Below the pieces are notes generated by a model that did no database searches, had not been told where the DNA came from, and was given only the letters and a program-made list of their open reading frames with translations. From Folioceros fuciformis (lineage: Eukaryota): DNA of 64,000 bases. A program made the translations under genes and the position numbers. How positions within the stretch are numbered: the stretch's first letter is position 1; every line of letters begins with the position of its first letter. This document shows, in pieces, positions 13,386 through 26,016 of this stretch. The stretch spans positions 1 through 64,000 of the forward strand of contig JBNGIO010006289.1 in the NCBI GenBank assembly GCA_049999805.1, written 5' to 3'.

Positions 13386-14826
13386 TCACCACTGCTGAGA
13401 GTTCTTGCTGTACTCTGACAACACAGGATAAATGTTCTCGAAGGCTTGGTAGATCTCCTCCCTCACCTGCACAGACACACGTCCGTCTCATCACCCTTCG
13501 GCCAACCAGTCTCAGAATTCGTGTCCACACCAGTGAAGAGAGCCCTCACCTTGGCGCCCGTTAGGACAATTTTCCCTGACACAAATATCAGTAGCACTAT
13601 CTTCGGTTGCTTCATCCGGTATATCAGACCAGGGAACAGCTCCGGCTCATACTGCACGGGACGATTCTCTAGATCAGCATCAGCGTTGCAAGATGATACA
13701 AAGGGATATCATGCTTGACTACACTGCACATCGTCATCAGACCAAAAAACTACTTGTCAGCGGGGGCTTACAGAAGAAAAATGGCCATGGGCGTAGGCAA
13801 GGCCTTCAAGCCTGATGGGAAACTTCACATCGCAACTACCAACAATATTCTGGATCTTAAAATCCTGCGGCCAGATGTAGTACCAGTTCGCATGAGAACT
13901 GCAGTGGAACACGCATGAAGGCTGGCAAGAAACAAGCCCACAGAAAGCCATGCTAAGGGCGGCGGTCAGGGCTCTTCACCTTGAACTGTGCGGGGAAACC
14001 AAGCTTCTGGATGATTCTGGCGTACTGAGCTCCATATGTACAATGCAGACATTAGATGCGCCCGTGAAAGCACATCATAGGAACTAACTCTGGACAGGGT
14101 ACAGACTACGAAAGCCTGTAGCCTCATCCAGGTTCATTTAACCTTGTCATCCTATCTCTTAAACACAGCAACACACCTTTCTAGCTGCCAGCTTTGACTG
14201 CTGTTCGCTCTTTGCACCAGTGCAAACCTGCTCATATTCGACCGGTCAGCGCTCCCTGACCACACTACAGTCCATCCGGAAAAGCAACCACACCATCTGT
14301 GGAAGCAACAACACCTCACCATCTTTCCAGATGCAAATATCAGGGCGGTAGTCTTCGGCTCCCTTATTCTCATGATGACAGCAGCAAAGCGCTGTTTCCA
14401 GACGACAGGGCTGGAGTCAGATACTCACTCACATCACAAGAACCCGACTCCGCGGCCCCCCTAACAACAGTCCAATCACAGGATCTATCTTCCTTGTCAA
14501 GGAAGTCAAACCCTAGCCACACACCACAACTACTGCTGCACCTTGGGATTGTATTCCGCGTTGCGAGCATGTAGAGCTATCGTTTTCAGATCCAGTTTGG
14601 TATCCATGTTCACCGTAGACACTATGTTCCTGCTCAGCAGACACCACAGATCATGAACCACAAGCTGTGGCTATGCGGAACTCAAAATCCACACCCGAAA
14701 GCACGACACAGCCAGAGCGGGAGACAGAAAGGCATGCGGCATGCATTACTGCAAAGTGGGAACGATTCCGGAAGGGTGCTTTTCAAGATCCACAGGTTGG
14801 CTAGAGTCGGAAGCCTGATCCGCCAT
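13386..14826 (-). CDS. TBP: TATA-box binding protein
   Basis: [26 protein letters not shown] / [26 protein letters not shown] / [25 protein letters not shown] / [24 protein letters not shown] / [34 protein letters not shown] / [16 protein letters not shown], all with GT-AG introns. Confidence 0.98.
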
Positions 14827-14867
14827 TGCTTCTTCCGCTACGGCGGACAAGAACTTGCTGGAATGAG

Positions 14868-14960
14868 ACCCTAGTTTTATAGCCTTCGTCGCCCCGTCTC
14901 CTTTATATAGGCTAGTCGGGAACCCTAGTTAAGATTCCGAGACCAACTCAGGTTAGGGCT
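14868..14960 (-). promoter_or_regulatory. Probable TBP core promoter: TATA box with telo-box-like motifs
   Basis: CTATATAAAG on the minus strand at 14901-14910, ~75 nt upstream of the ATG. ACCCTAG/TAGGG motifs lie at ~14869, 14921 and 14953. Confidence 0.5.
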
Positions 14961-15029
14961 GGCAGTATTTGGACGTTCCCGTTCGCGGTGGATGAGATTC
15001 TCACCAAGCGTTCCAACGTGCCTGTTTTA

Positions 15030-18000
15030 CCTTTATCAAAACAGTATATTTGGAGGAGAATTTCGGTAGAACCCTCCTTTTATCAAAACTGTACGATTCA
15101 GCATTTCTTCGCAGCCGAGGCCGCTTTTGGTCATTTTGAATTACGACATGCTACTATAGGGATTTCAAGATATATAAATTTCTTTTTAATTTATATATCA
15201 TTTACATGGGGTGTCCATTGAACTTATTCTATTAGATTTTTTTTCTCAAGGTTAACAATAATTTTCTCTTTCTGTATGTATGAGTTTTATATACATTATT
15301 CAGAGGAAGTGCCTAAAAACATTTTCTATTAAAAATCTTCTTATGCTCAAGGTTAGTAAGGTTCTCTTTCTTCATAAGCTTTATGTACATTACTCACATA
15401 AGATGCCAAATAAGGTAGGTATAAGCTTTATGTACATTACTGACATAAGATGCCAAATAAGGTAGGTATTTTTATTATTGAAAAAGAGATGGAAAGTCTG
15501 AAAAGTCTCATCTACTCGAAAGATTGGAGGAACAACCAAAGTAGGGCCGAAGACCAAAAGGGATACTAGCCCCTTTGAATATCATTCTCAAAAACAAAAA
15601 CTACCTAATGCTCCCAAAATGTCATGATGTGGAATACCAAAAGGCTTACCTACCACTGGTGCCGAAAGAAGCCACTTAACCTACGCTTGTTGCTATTCTA
15701 AAAACCGCATCGGTGAATACTGGTTGCAAAGCAATGGATACGTTGATGAAAGAAAGCTACCACAGAGGGAGCACTTACTAATTGCAGTTGAAAGTCTGAG
15801 GCAGACTCATCGAAAACAATCAAGCGGAGCGAATGGAGGTCAGCGGGTTTCCTAGTTAACCAGAATAACGAGCAATGGAACCACGTTTGTCCTTGGGGAA
15901 GGTGAACCCATGATCCCAGGGCGAGTTTGAGGTGGTCTTAGCAGTCTGCTAATAGTTGGGTGATGGGGAGCATTTCCCGAGCCCTAGTCAGAGAGCTGGA
16001 CTCAGGGCCGAGGTGTTATCTCCCCCGAGTGGGTTACGCAAGCTATGTAAATACGTAGGCAGGGGTCCCCTTAGTAGTGTAAGAGGATGACACTCTTAAT
16101 CAGAATCCTTTTTTTACGCGAATAAAAAAGCCACCACAGAGGAAAGAGGGAGAACACCATTTTATTGCTCTAATAAACCTTGGTGCACTCTTCGATAAAC
16201 CTTGAAAAGTCCTTGCTCATATCCCCATGAGTCTCAAGAGCAAGAGGGAAAGATGCTTACATGACTTGTTCTATTAGAAGTTTTCTTCTTCTCAAGGTTT
16301 ATAATACAATCTCTTTCTCCATGAGGTTTATATACATTACTCAGATGGGGTGCCTATAAAACTTCTTCTATTAGAAATCTTCTTCTACTCAAAGTCAATA
16401 ATACCCTCTCTTTTTCCACGATGTTAGTAATTCCCTTATCTCTTATAATGATGTTCTGAGGGCCTAGTACTCCTTTTAGGAGTTTTGAGAATGATTTTCC
16501 AAGGGCCTAGTACTCCTTTTCTCCTTTATCGCTGCCTTGAGTTGTTCCTCCTTTATCTTTGGAATAGATAGGACTTTCCATCTCTTTTACAGTAAAAAAA
16601 AAAAACCTTTTTCTTGTAACATATATATTACAATTCTTCTTCTTCTCAAGGGTATTCATACCTTTCTCTTTCTTTCTTATAGTAGAAATTGTTATGAAGA
16701 GGGAAGATAGTGCAGACAACGTTCACCATGTTTGATCTTAAGAATTTATAATCCTTAGTAAAGACATTGTTCCCTAGTATATGCTATGGGCACATGTTAT
16801 GCAATGGAGGTTTAGACTGTTTCCACTTGTGAGAAATGTTATTTGTGTTGTTTCCTCCTCCTATGACCTACTTAAATCCGTCTTAGTACTCACTAGACTC
16901 GCTTTCAATTTGTCTCACTTGTCTTTGCATAACATAAGCTGCCAACAACCCTCTTTTGGAATGTGTTTCATAATTTGTGTGTAACATATTGAAGATTGCA
17001 AAAGTACCACCATGTCCTTGTTAAAAAGAGTTTTTGACTTTGCTACAACTCCATTGATGTTCCTCTTGGTGTTGGTTGTCTTCTTCATGGCACTTCTGAT
17101 TGTCCATATGATTCTCCTTTCTTATTGAACTTGTCATGCTTAACAACCATTCGTCTACATTTCCTTATTTTTCCCTCACCTTGAGACCTATTGGAATTCA
17201 TCACTATTAGACCCATCTAGACCTTGACCTTCAATACACGATTGTATACCACATGGCACTTCTGCTTCTTCCCAAACCCCTCTCTCTTTGCATTCAAGTT
17301 AATGCAATTGATGTTTGTGGATCCTACATAGTGATTTCCACTATTCGCTTCACTATTTATGTTGTCTTCATCTTTCTCCTCATTTGTGTTAGCTCTACTC
17401 CCATCACCTCCGCATGACTACCATTGATTGTCATTTTAGATTGCAAAGAGTTATTTAGATTTTCGCTTTTGTTTGCTTGCTTGCGAGACTACTTTCTAGT
17501 TTTACTTTCTTTTGCTTATGCAAGTGGCCAACCAATGAGTCTAGGAGTGGACAATTTCAACATTTCATGGCTAGCTTGTGCAAGTGCCCAACAAATGAGT
17601 CTAGGAGTGGACAATGAGCATGTAAATAAGAACGGTAAGCATGTAAAGAGTTGTGCTTACAACAATGTCAAGACCATAGAGAAGAAACCTCATCCTATTG
17701 GTGGGTTGATAAGCTAGGAGGCCTAGAACATGTTTTGTGAGTTATATATTGAGAAAGCAACAATGAAGAGCACCACCCTCAATTGCATTTATTACAACTT
17801 TGGATTCCATGCGAAAATAAGATAATGTGACAAAGAAGTGTAATGACAACACCATGCTTGTAGCCCAAGTAGCTTGATGTAACACTTTTGCTCCACATTA
17901 CAGAAAAGGGCAACAAATTAATGCTGAATGCTTTCCACGAAATGTGAAAAGGCCTTCCAATAACTTCTTCCAGTCTTGTCCTGAGACTTGCGTTGCTTAC

Positions 18001-18440
18001 CATTTAGGAGTGCAATTACATGATACACTTGCTTTTGAATAGGTTGGTGTATAAGCACTGCCATGTTTTGTAATTGATTGTCCAAACAATGGGACGACAT
18101 ATATAGTAGCATGTGATAGAGCCTACCACTTTTTTTGTTCTGCAACTAGGTATGTTGCTTCATCATATACAACCTTGTCCACTTTCCACCATAGCTGACT
18201 TGGTAGTGTGAAAGACTGCAGTTGTGGAGACAAGTCAACCATGAATGCCCCTTTCATGGGATGATTCATGGATTCTGCATATTTGAACCAGTGACGGCGA
18301 GAAAACCATATTGAAATTGAGACGCATGGATGTTTTAGAAGATGTAGAAAGGTCTATTCATAGAGCCTTATGTCAGGTGATATGACACCCCGAAAGGGTT
18401 ACAGTCCAGAACCCTAAGGCTAGGTGTTACAATCACGTCC
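15030..18440. mobile_element. AT-rich island of decayed transposable-element-like sequence; family not assignable
   Basis: Abrupt drop in GC, no intact ORF, diverged internal direct repeats (15222-15375 vs 16265-16415), local tandem duplications and stop-riddled coding-like remnants. It ends near an LTR-end-like GGTGTTACA at ~18423-18431. Confidence 0.5.
15374..15467. repeat. 47-bp tandem duplication
   Basis: ATAAGCTTTATGTACATTACT(C/G)ACATAAGATGCCAAATAAGGTAGGT occurs twice. Confidence 0.85.
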
Positions 18441-18624
18441 TTTTTTGGGCCGTGTACGTTTCACATGTAGAGTCTCGAGGTGTGCGCTCTCCTGAACTTT
18501 GGGTTCAGACTAGGATATGAATTGATAGGCAATCCGTGGGATCTGTTCTCGCTTCACCTCGTCCCAATCGGCTCTGGAAATCACCAGCTGCAATCCTTAG
18601 TCAAACCATAGCCAAATAATAGAC

Positions 18625-21600
18625 ATGGTAGCACAGGTATGGCAGCCACAAGAGAATGGGGTGAAGGAGATATGTGGACTCCTGCTGGAGTATCGAATAC
18701 CCAGCGCTGATCAGAGCCGAATTTGGCAGCAGCTGCAGCACTACTCTCAGATTGCTGACTTTAACAACTATCTGACTTTCATACTATGCCGCGCCGAGGT
18801 AAACTTGCTGACACCTGTGCTAGTCCCTCTGTGCGACTCCTTCAGTCAAGTCTTGTATCTCGGCCCCTAGCGTCCAATTCTGCATTTGGGTGGAGTTGTG
18901 CAATTTTAGGGAGGGGAGTACGCCGATTCGCCTCAAATCAGTTGTTTCAGCTGTTTTGTGGAAACCTCGTGGCTTTGGTCTTGCTGAGTCCGCGGGGTTT
19001 TGTGCCCTCGGCCACTCTGATTGGAGCACAGCTCGTTAACGAGATGCTTTGATGTTCAGGGGCAATCTGTTGAAGTTCGACAGGCAGCAGGTTTGCTTCT
19101 GAAGAACAATTTGAAGGCCAAATATAAGTCCTTGCCAACTCCATATCAGCAATATATAAAGGCTGAATTGCTGCCTTGTCTTGGTGCAACTGATAGAAAT
19201 CTACGGTCAACAGTCGGTACTGTCATAAGTGTGGTGGTTCAAGAGGGTCACATACAGGGTTGGCCTGAAATTTTTCAGGCTATATCTCAGTGTTTAAAGA
19301 GTAATGACTACAATCACATGGAGGGAGCCCTGGATGCTTTATCGAAGGTATTTTTTCTGTCTCAGCAGTGCTGTGATTACCTTATTCCGTTATGTGTCTG
19401 GTCTTCAGCCTTGTTTTGCTGTCTATCGTAGTGTGCGTAGCACTTGGGACACAAACCAGCTGGGGCACATAATGCACGTCTAATGCACGTTGATGTCATT
19501 GGATGTCAATGACTCATTCAGGGATGATAGCATTGCCGGCACTTGTCATGGGTTTTAGGTGCAGCCATTGGCCAATCATGTTAAGATGAATCCTGTTGCA
19601 GGTATGTGAGGACATGCCGGAGGAGTTGGATAAGGATGTTGCTGGCCTTCCCGAGCGGCCCATTAATTATTTTCTTCCGCAACTTCTGCAGGTTTGTGCC
19701 TCTCTGCTGCTAGAGTAGGAATTTTTTTGTGTACACGGCGTGACGGGGAAGCGCTTCTGTGTTGTGTGATGCATTTTCTGCTGTAAGTAGAATATGATGT
19801 GGTATGCTTATGAAGATTTGTTTGAAGCTGGATGTTCATAGTCATATGCAATTTATTGTTTGTTTTTGGCTTGCAGTTTTTCTCTTCACCACATGCCATA
19901 TTGCGGAAACTGGCTGTCAACTCTGTCAGCCAATTCATTGTGGTCATGCCAACGGTATGTCTTTATCTCTTTCACAGGGCTGTGGGTGATTTTTTACACT
20001 AGTATATTGTGGGCTGGGGTGCTTGAAGACACGAGGGATAGATCCTCCCTTGTCTTCCTGTCTTTGTCAGCAGAAACTAAACAAATTCTGAACTATTTGC
20101 ATCTACATCTGCAGGCTTTATTCGTCAATATGGATAATTTCTTACAAGGACTGTTTTCTCTGGCTACTGATTCTGTCGCTGAAGTCCGCAAGCTGGTTGG
20201 TTTGCTCCCGGTCACATCTTGCGAATAGCATGAACCAGGATTATGCTGGAAATTCCAAAAGATTTCCTTTGCATTTGCTCCCGCAGATAAACATATACCA
20301 TTCTTACGACTTGGTGCATGTCTTTATCTTGACCAGGTCTGCTGTGCTCTAGTTCAGCTGCTCGAATCACAGCCAAATTTCTTACAGGTGATCCTCAGTT
20401 GTGCACTTCGAGTATTCCAAAGCAGCCTGTTTCCGTGCAATGTATGTGTGTCCTTATTCATGGAGTCCAAAATGTTTCAAAAAGTAACTGGAAAGCTTTA
20501 TCTCTGCAGCCGCACATGAAGAGTGTCATTGAATACATGCTGCAAGCTAACAACGATATTGACGAGGAAGTTGCTTTGGAGTCTTGCGAGTTTTGGTATG
20601 GCGCAGGTCCTTGAGAATCTGCCCAGTTGTAGGGATGTTCTTCCTTAGCAGGGTAGTTTGATTCTGACAGCAGCTTCCTTGGGCAGGTCCGCTTTCTGTG
20701 AAGCTCAGCTGCCGCCTGATATTCTAAAAGATTTTCTGCCACGTCTTGTTTCTGTAAGTTTAGCAGAGATCCATTGTTGTTCTTCCCATTATGGGCTATA
20801 TGGTTGGAGCGTGTTTCTTGCCTCTCTTGCCCTTGGGTTCTCGGTGATTCTGAGAAGCGGGAATATCTGCAGGTCCTTCTATCCAATATGGCGTATGCAG
20901 ATGATGATGAAGCTTTGGATGATGCTCAGGCAAGAATTGAAGAATGACAGGCTGTGTAACTTTGCTGCTTAGTGATAACAAGTTTTTATTCCGATGTTGC
21001 TCAATTTTCTGCTTTTCTGTTTGTGTGTCCAGGATGATGAAAATGCTCCGGACAGGGACCAGGTAGTTCCTTAGCTCTAGTTTGTATGTATGGAAAATGT
21101 CTTGCACCCTGCATATGGTGATGTTATTGCCCTTCGAGATACCATAGTTTGTTGCCCCCGACCTGCAATATTGGGCAAGCATTAAAGAATTGGGTGCTTT
21201 TTCTTCAGGATCTTAAGCCTCGGTTCTACCAATCACGACTTCATGGTGGTGACAATGAAGATGACGAGGTATCTTCTACTCTATATAATTTGGAGTCTAA
21301 GTTTTCCTATCTTTACAACAAGGCTCGAATTGTTTACTATCTAGTACAGCTGTCCATGTTGTTACCAACGTGGTGGCTGTAGCTGAATCTGTTGATGCGC
21401 TTTGCAGGAGGATGATGATATTGTGAACTTGTGGAACATCAGAAAGTGCAGTGCTGCTGGCCTGGACATGTTATCCAATACCTTTGGTGTCGAGCTTCTC
21501 CCTGTGTTGATGCCAGTTGTGCAGGTGACTGCTCTAAGATTTCTGGGTCTCTATAGAGGTACTGTTTGAATCCCTTCTGATTGTGAACAAACTTCCCTGC

Positions 21601-24600
21601 AGAATAAATTGGCAGCTGCAAGTGATGCAGCCTGGAAGGAGCGTGAAGCTGCAGTGTTAGCTTTGGGTGCCGTTGCTGAGGGCTGCATTCATGGATTGCT
21701 GCCTCATTTGGAAGAGGTGAGTCGGGTGCCTTTTCTTCCTGCCATGTGACCCCATCATATGTATCTGTCTTCTGCGACAGCCGTATGTCATGATCTAGGA
21801 TGGTATTGCGAGCATTTCTGTTTGTAGGCCTGCAGCCAGACAGTGCTTGCAACGATGCATATTATTGTATGACCTTTGTAATTTGCTACAGATTGTTGCG
21901 TTTTTGGTTCCTCTTTTGGAGGATAAGCGACCATTGGTTAGGAGTATAACCTGTTGGACCCTATCGCGTTATAGCAAATGGATTGTGCAAGTGAGTTCTT
22001 TTCTCTCTTTATGAAACTGGTCTTTTTGAAATTGTTGAACGTTTGCAGGTTTTGTTGTCAACATTCACGTTTAGAAAATGAAGTCTTATCTTTGCTACAT
22101 TTGAGTTTGCAGCACATGAGCCTACCAGAAGGCCCTGCTCAATTTGATACAGTGTTGAATGGGCTGTTGAAGAAGATCCTGGACAGCAATAAAAGAGTGC
22201 AGGAGGCTGCTTGTTCTGCATTTGCAACTCTTGAGGAGGTGGTGTGTTTTTGAAGTCTTGTGAAAGAGATAAGCCATGCGTTTGAAGACCAGCACTTAAT
22301 ATTGAAATGGTCCTTGTGGTGCAGGCTGCTGCAGAGGAGCTGGCTCCTCGATTGGAGCCCATTCTGCATCATCTTATGTTTGCTTTTGGGAAATATCAGG
22401 TACTGGTCCCAGTTAAACTTGTGAATTGTTGTGTAGTAGTACTTCTGAAAGCATGGACCATCGTACGAATGTAATGGTAGGAACGAGATGCTCAGCATCA
22501 ATAGTTTGATGACTGCGGTACGAATGTACACGGACAGTCTGTCAACACCTAATTGTAGCTGACTGCTTGTACTTACCATCGTCATTCTTGCTCCCATTTC
22601 AGCGGAGGAACTTGCGAATATTGTACGATGCCATTGGCACCCTTGCTGATGCAGTAGGGGCAGAGTTAAATGAGGTAGGGAATTGTGTGCTTGGTTGTCT
22701 CACATATCAGATGGTCTCTCATGACCACTTCAGTCTCTGGATGGTTGATCTGCAATGTGTGGAGTTAAATGACGTAGGAATGGTGTGGTTGGTAGTTTCA
22801 CTTCAGAGTAATCAGACCGTCTCTCGTCGCAAGTTCAGTATCTGGCTTGTTGATCTGCAATGTTGTAAGCTTCACAAGTGGTGACGAGTGTTAAAGGCAA
22901 CCTAGTACAGGAATGACAGTCAGCTTATGATCTATGCGGGGTTGTGTTCTGCAGAAAAAGTATCTTGATATACTCATGCCACCTCTGATTGCCAAGTGGC
23001 AACAGCTACCTGATACGGACAAGGACTTGTTCCCCTTGTTAGAATGTTTCACTTCTATAGCCCAGGTACAATCCTGTTCAGTTATATACATGATGTCATA
23101 TCTCAACTGCATTTGTATTCACTAATGGTCGCGATGTAATGACATTGCAGGCCTTAGGTCCAGGGTTTTCTCAGTATGCAGAACCTGTGTTTCTCAGATG
23201 CATCAACCTGATAAGGACACAAGAACTTGCAAAGGTACGTGTGCCTGAAGGGTCAATTTATGTCGCAACGACTTTGCTTATTTCTGTGAGCAAGGGGGGG
23301 CTCATGAATGAAGACTTAGATTTCTAGTGGAATTTGTTTCCTTGTTGTCTAGGAAGGGGCAGGTGGTTCCCCCTCTCTTTACGAGGATCTGAGAAACATT
23401 TACATGGAATTTGCAGGCTGATCCTGCCAGGGCAGGTGTACCTTATGATAAAGAGTTCATTGTTTGTTCTCTGGATCTGCTCTCTGGTCTTGTAGAGGGT
23501 CTTGGCAGCAGCATTGAGGGTCTGGTATGTGCAATTTATTTTATGTTTGGTTTGCCCGTACGGAGGATTCGACCGTGCTTCTGGTATGAAAGACTTACCT
23601 CTCTTGTGCAGGTAGTTCGCAGTGACTTGCGAGACTTGCTTCTGCAATGTTGTGGTGATGAGGCAGCTGATGTCCGTCAGAGTGCTCTTGCTCTGTTGGG
23701 TGATCTTGCGAAGGTCATGCAGCAAGCAGCATGAGCGGCTTGCATTTTTCTTGCTTCGGCCCTTGGTTCATGCTTTTTAACTTTTAGTGTGCTATTTCTC
23801 AGGCCTGCGCTGTACATTTGCAGCCTCGGTTGGCTGATTTCCTCAATCTTGCAGCCAAGCAGTTGGTATGACTTGTATTTGACCTGGAGGGATCTTTGTG
23901 GCAGCTAATTAGTTTAGGTCTTAAGAATGCGTGTGCAGTAACTGTGTGACTCTCTGGATGTTTGTGCAAGGACAGCAGGCTTTTGAAGCCAATGAGAATG
24001 TTTCTGTGGTAAACAATGCCTGTTGGGCAATTGGAGAGGTGGCTGTCAAGGTAGAATTCTAGATGCCTGCACGTTTGTTGAGGAATTCAAGGACATTGAA
24101 CGTATTTCAAACTTGAGATAACATAACCTTGAATGCCTGTCTGCTGGCACAGGTCCGCCAGGACATTTCGCCTATCGTGATGAATGTCCTTGGAAGTTTG
24201 GTGCCCATTCTTTCTTCAAAGTCTGAGGTAATAGTCAGAAACATGTAAAACTTCAAGACTAGTTGTCGCAGTCGCAAGGTCCTTGCAGTTGCAAAGCATA
24301 TCACGTGTATCAGTCTTATACAGAGGAAATCTTGGTACAGGGTTTCAGTAAATCCCTTCTGGAGAATAGTGCTATCACCCTAGGAAGACTTGGATGGGTC
24401 TGTCCTGATCTTGTTGCACCGATGATGGACCATTTTATGCAGCCTTGGTGTTCTGCCCTTTTCACGTAAGTGTCATCATATTGAAAGGAGGTCTCTTGTA
24501 GCGAAGCAGTGCCGCAGTGGTGACCTTCTAACCCAAAGAGTGTTCAGGATTCGGGATGATGTTGAGAAGGAGGATGCATTTCGAGGGTTATGTGCAATGG

Positions 24601-25153
24601 TAGGTGCTGTGTGGAGGTTTTTTTTTGAGTTTTTCCCTGCATTATTTGTGTGTCGTTCCTCTCTTCTAATGTTTGGATTTGCAGGTCCGCATAAATCCAG
24701 CGGGTGCCATGCCATCGTTTGTACAAATGTGCGAAGCCATTGGTAGCTGGCATGTGAGAACCGAGTACCTTGAAGTTATTCCCTTGTGGTTTGTTGTCAA
24801 ATGTACAATTGTTAGTCTCTGTGGAGGGCAAGAGTGTGCTACTTAGTCTGATGGACCAGCTTCCACTGGTCTTCCCTCTTACTCGAATAATTTGTTACCA
24901 GGAGATCCGCAGTCCGGACTTGAGGGCTGAACTAGCACAAGTTCTCTATGGGTACAAGCAGGTAAGCAAGGAAGGGGTTTGAAAGTCTGGAAGACGTATT
25001 TGGAAGGCTATGTTTGTATTGTGAAGCGCACTGTTTGCGAGCCTATGTATTGTCTTTGGCTCGCAGATGTTAGGGTCCAATACTTGGGAGCAATGTCTGG
25101 CAGCTCTGGACCCTTCCCTCAGAGAGAAGCTGGCGAATAGGTATGGGCTATGA
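18625..25153 (+). CDS. TRN1: Transportin-1 (importin beta-2 / karyopherin beta-2), about 25 exons
   Basis: [125 protein letters not shown] and [15 protein letters not shown]. Stop at 25151-25153. Confidence 0.97.
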
Positions 25154-26016
25154 AGTTTTGTGGGGACAGTGCAGGCTTCAAGGATGGGAAGCTTCTCATC
25201 GGAGGATGTTCCGAATTTGGCTGTCGTCAGCATCAGCGTCTGTCTGGCATGAGACTCCAAAGTCAGATTTGATCTGAGGTCATACATCGAGAGCTGTTGC
25301 TCTGAGCTGACTGGCCGGTGTCATCTGGGGACAGTACAGGATGCTGTTTGAGCTGCATATTGTTGATCACAAATGAATCACAAGCGTGGTTCATGTAGAA
25401 TTTGACTCCTACACGTTGAGAAGGGCATATTGTTTCTGCTATTCTTCCTACAGGTTGATGCAATTTTTCCTTTTATCAGTATCTTCCTTCCATAAGAATT
25501 GTCTGTGAATTGTCTCTTCAGTGGAGTCTTTAGAGGCGGTTTTGTTGTGTATATCCGCCACAAGTGTTGGGCATATCTTGAATTGAACCAGGTGTTGCTG
25601 GATATTGGATAAAAGGACCATTGTGTTGATGACGCGCGGATTGCCTTAACTGAAATTCCTGTCTTGGGTTTTCTGTTCAAATTGATCCTGTTCAAACGAC
25701 AGGATTTCCAGGGATGGATGCCCCATTCACGATGAAATCTGCATGAACTCTGGGCTTTAATGCAGGGCAACGAGAGGGTGATGGATGAGAAAGCGCAAGA
25801 AGATGAAATCACCGCTGACAACGTGTCTTCTTCAAAAAAACCGTCGTTATCCCTTGTCTAGGTTGTCTGTAAACCTACAAAAGACAACTTGAAACGTACA
25901 ATTGACGGTATACAAATGTTCGTTTTCACACTCGCTGTCGCGGGTGTGATATCATGAGCTGATGGTATACTGAGGGGTCAGGTGGCCCAAGATAGTCTTT
26001 AAAACATTATGGGATG

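Noticed and set aside
17519..17615. 37-bp direct repeat pair (TGCAAGTG.CCAA.AATGAGTCTAGGAGTGGACAAT)
   Set aside because: Real, but an ordinary local duplication inside the decayed island.
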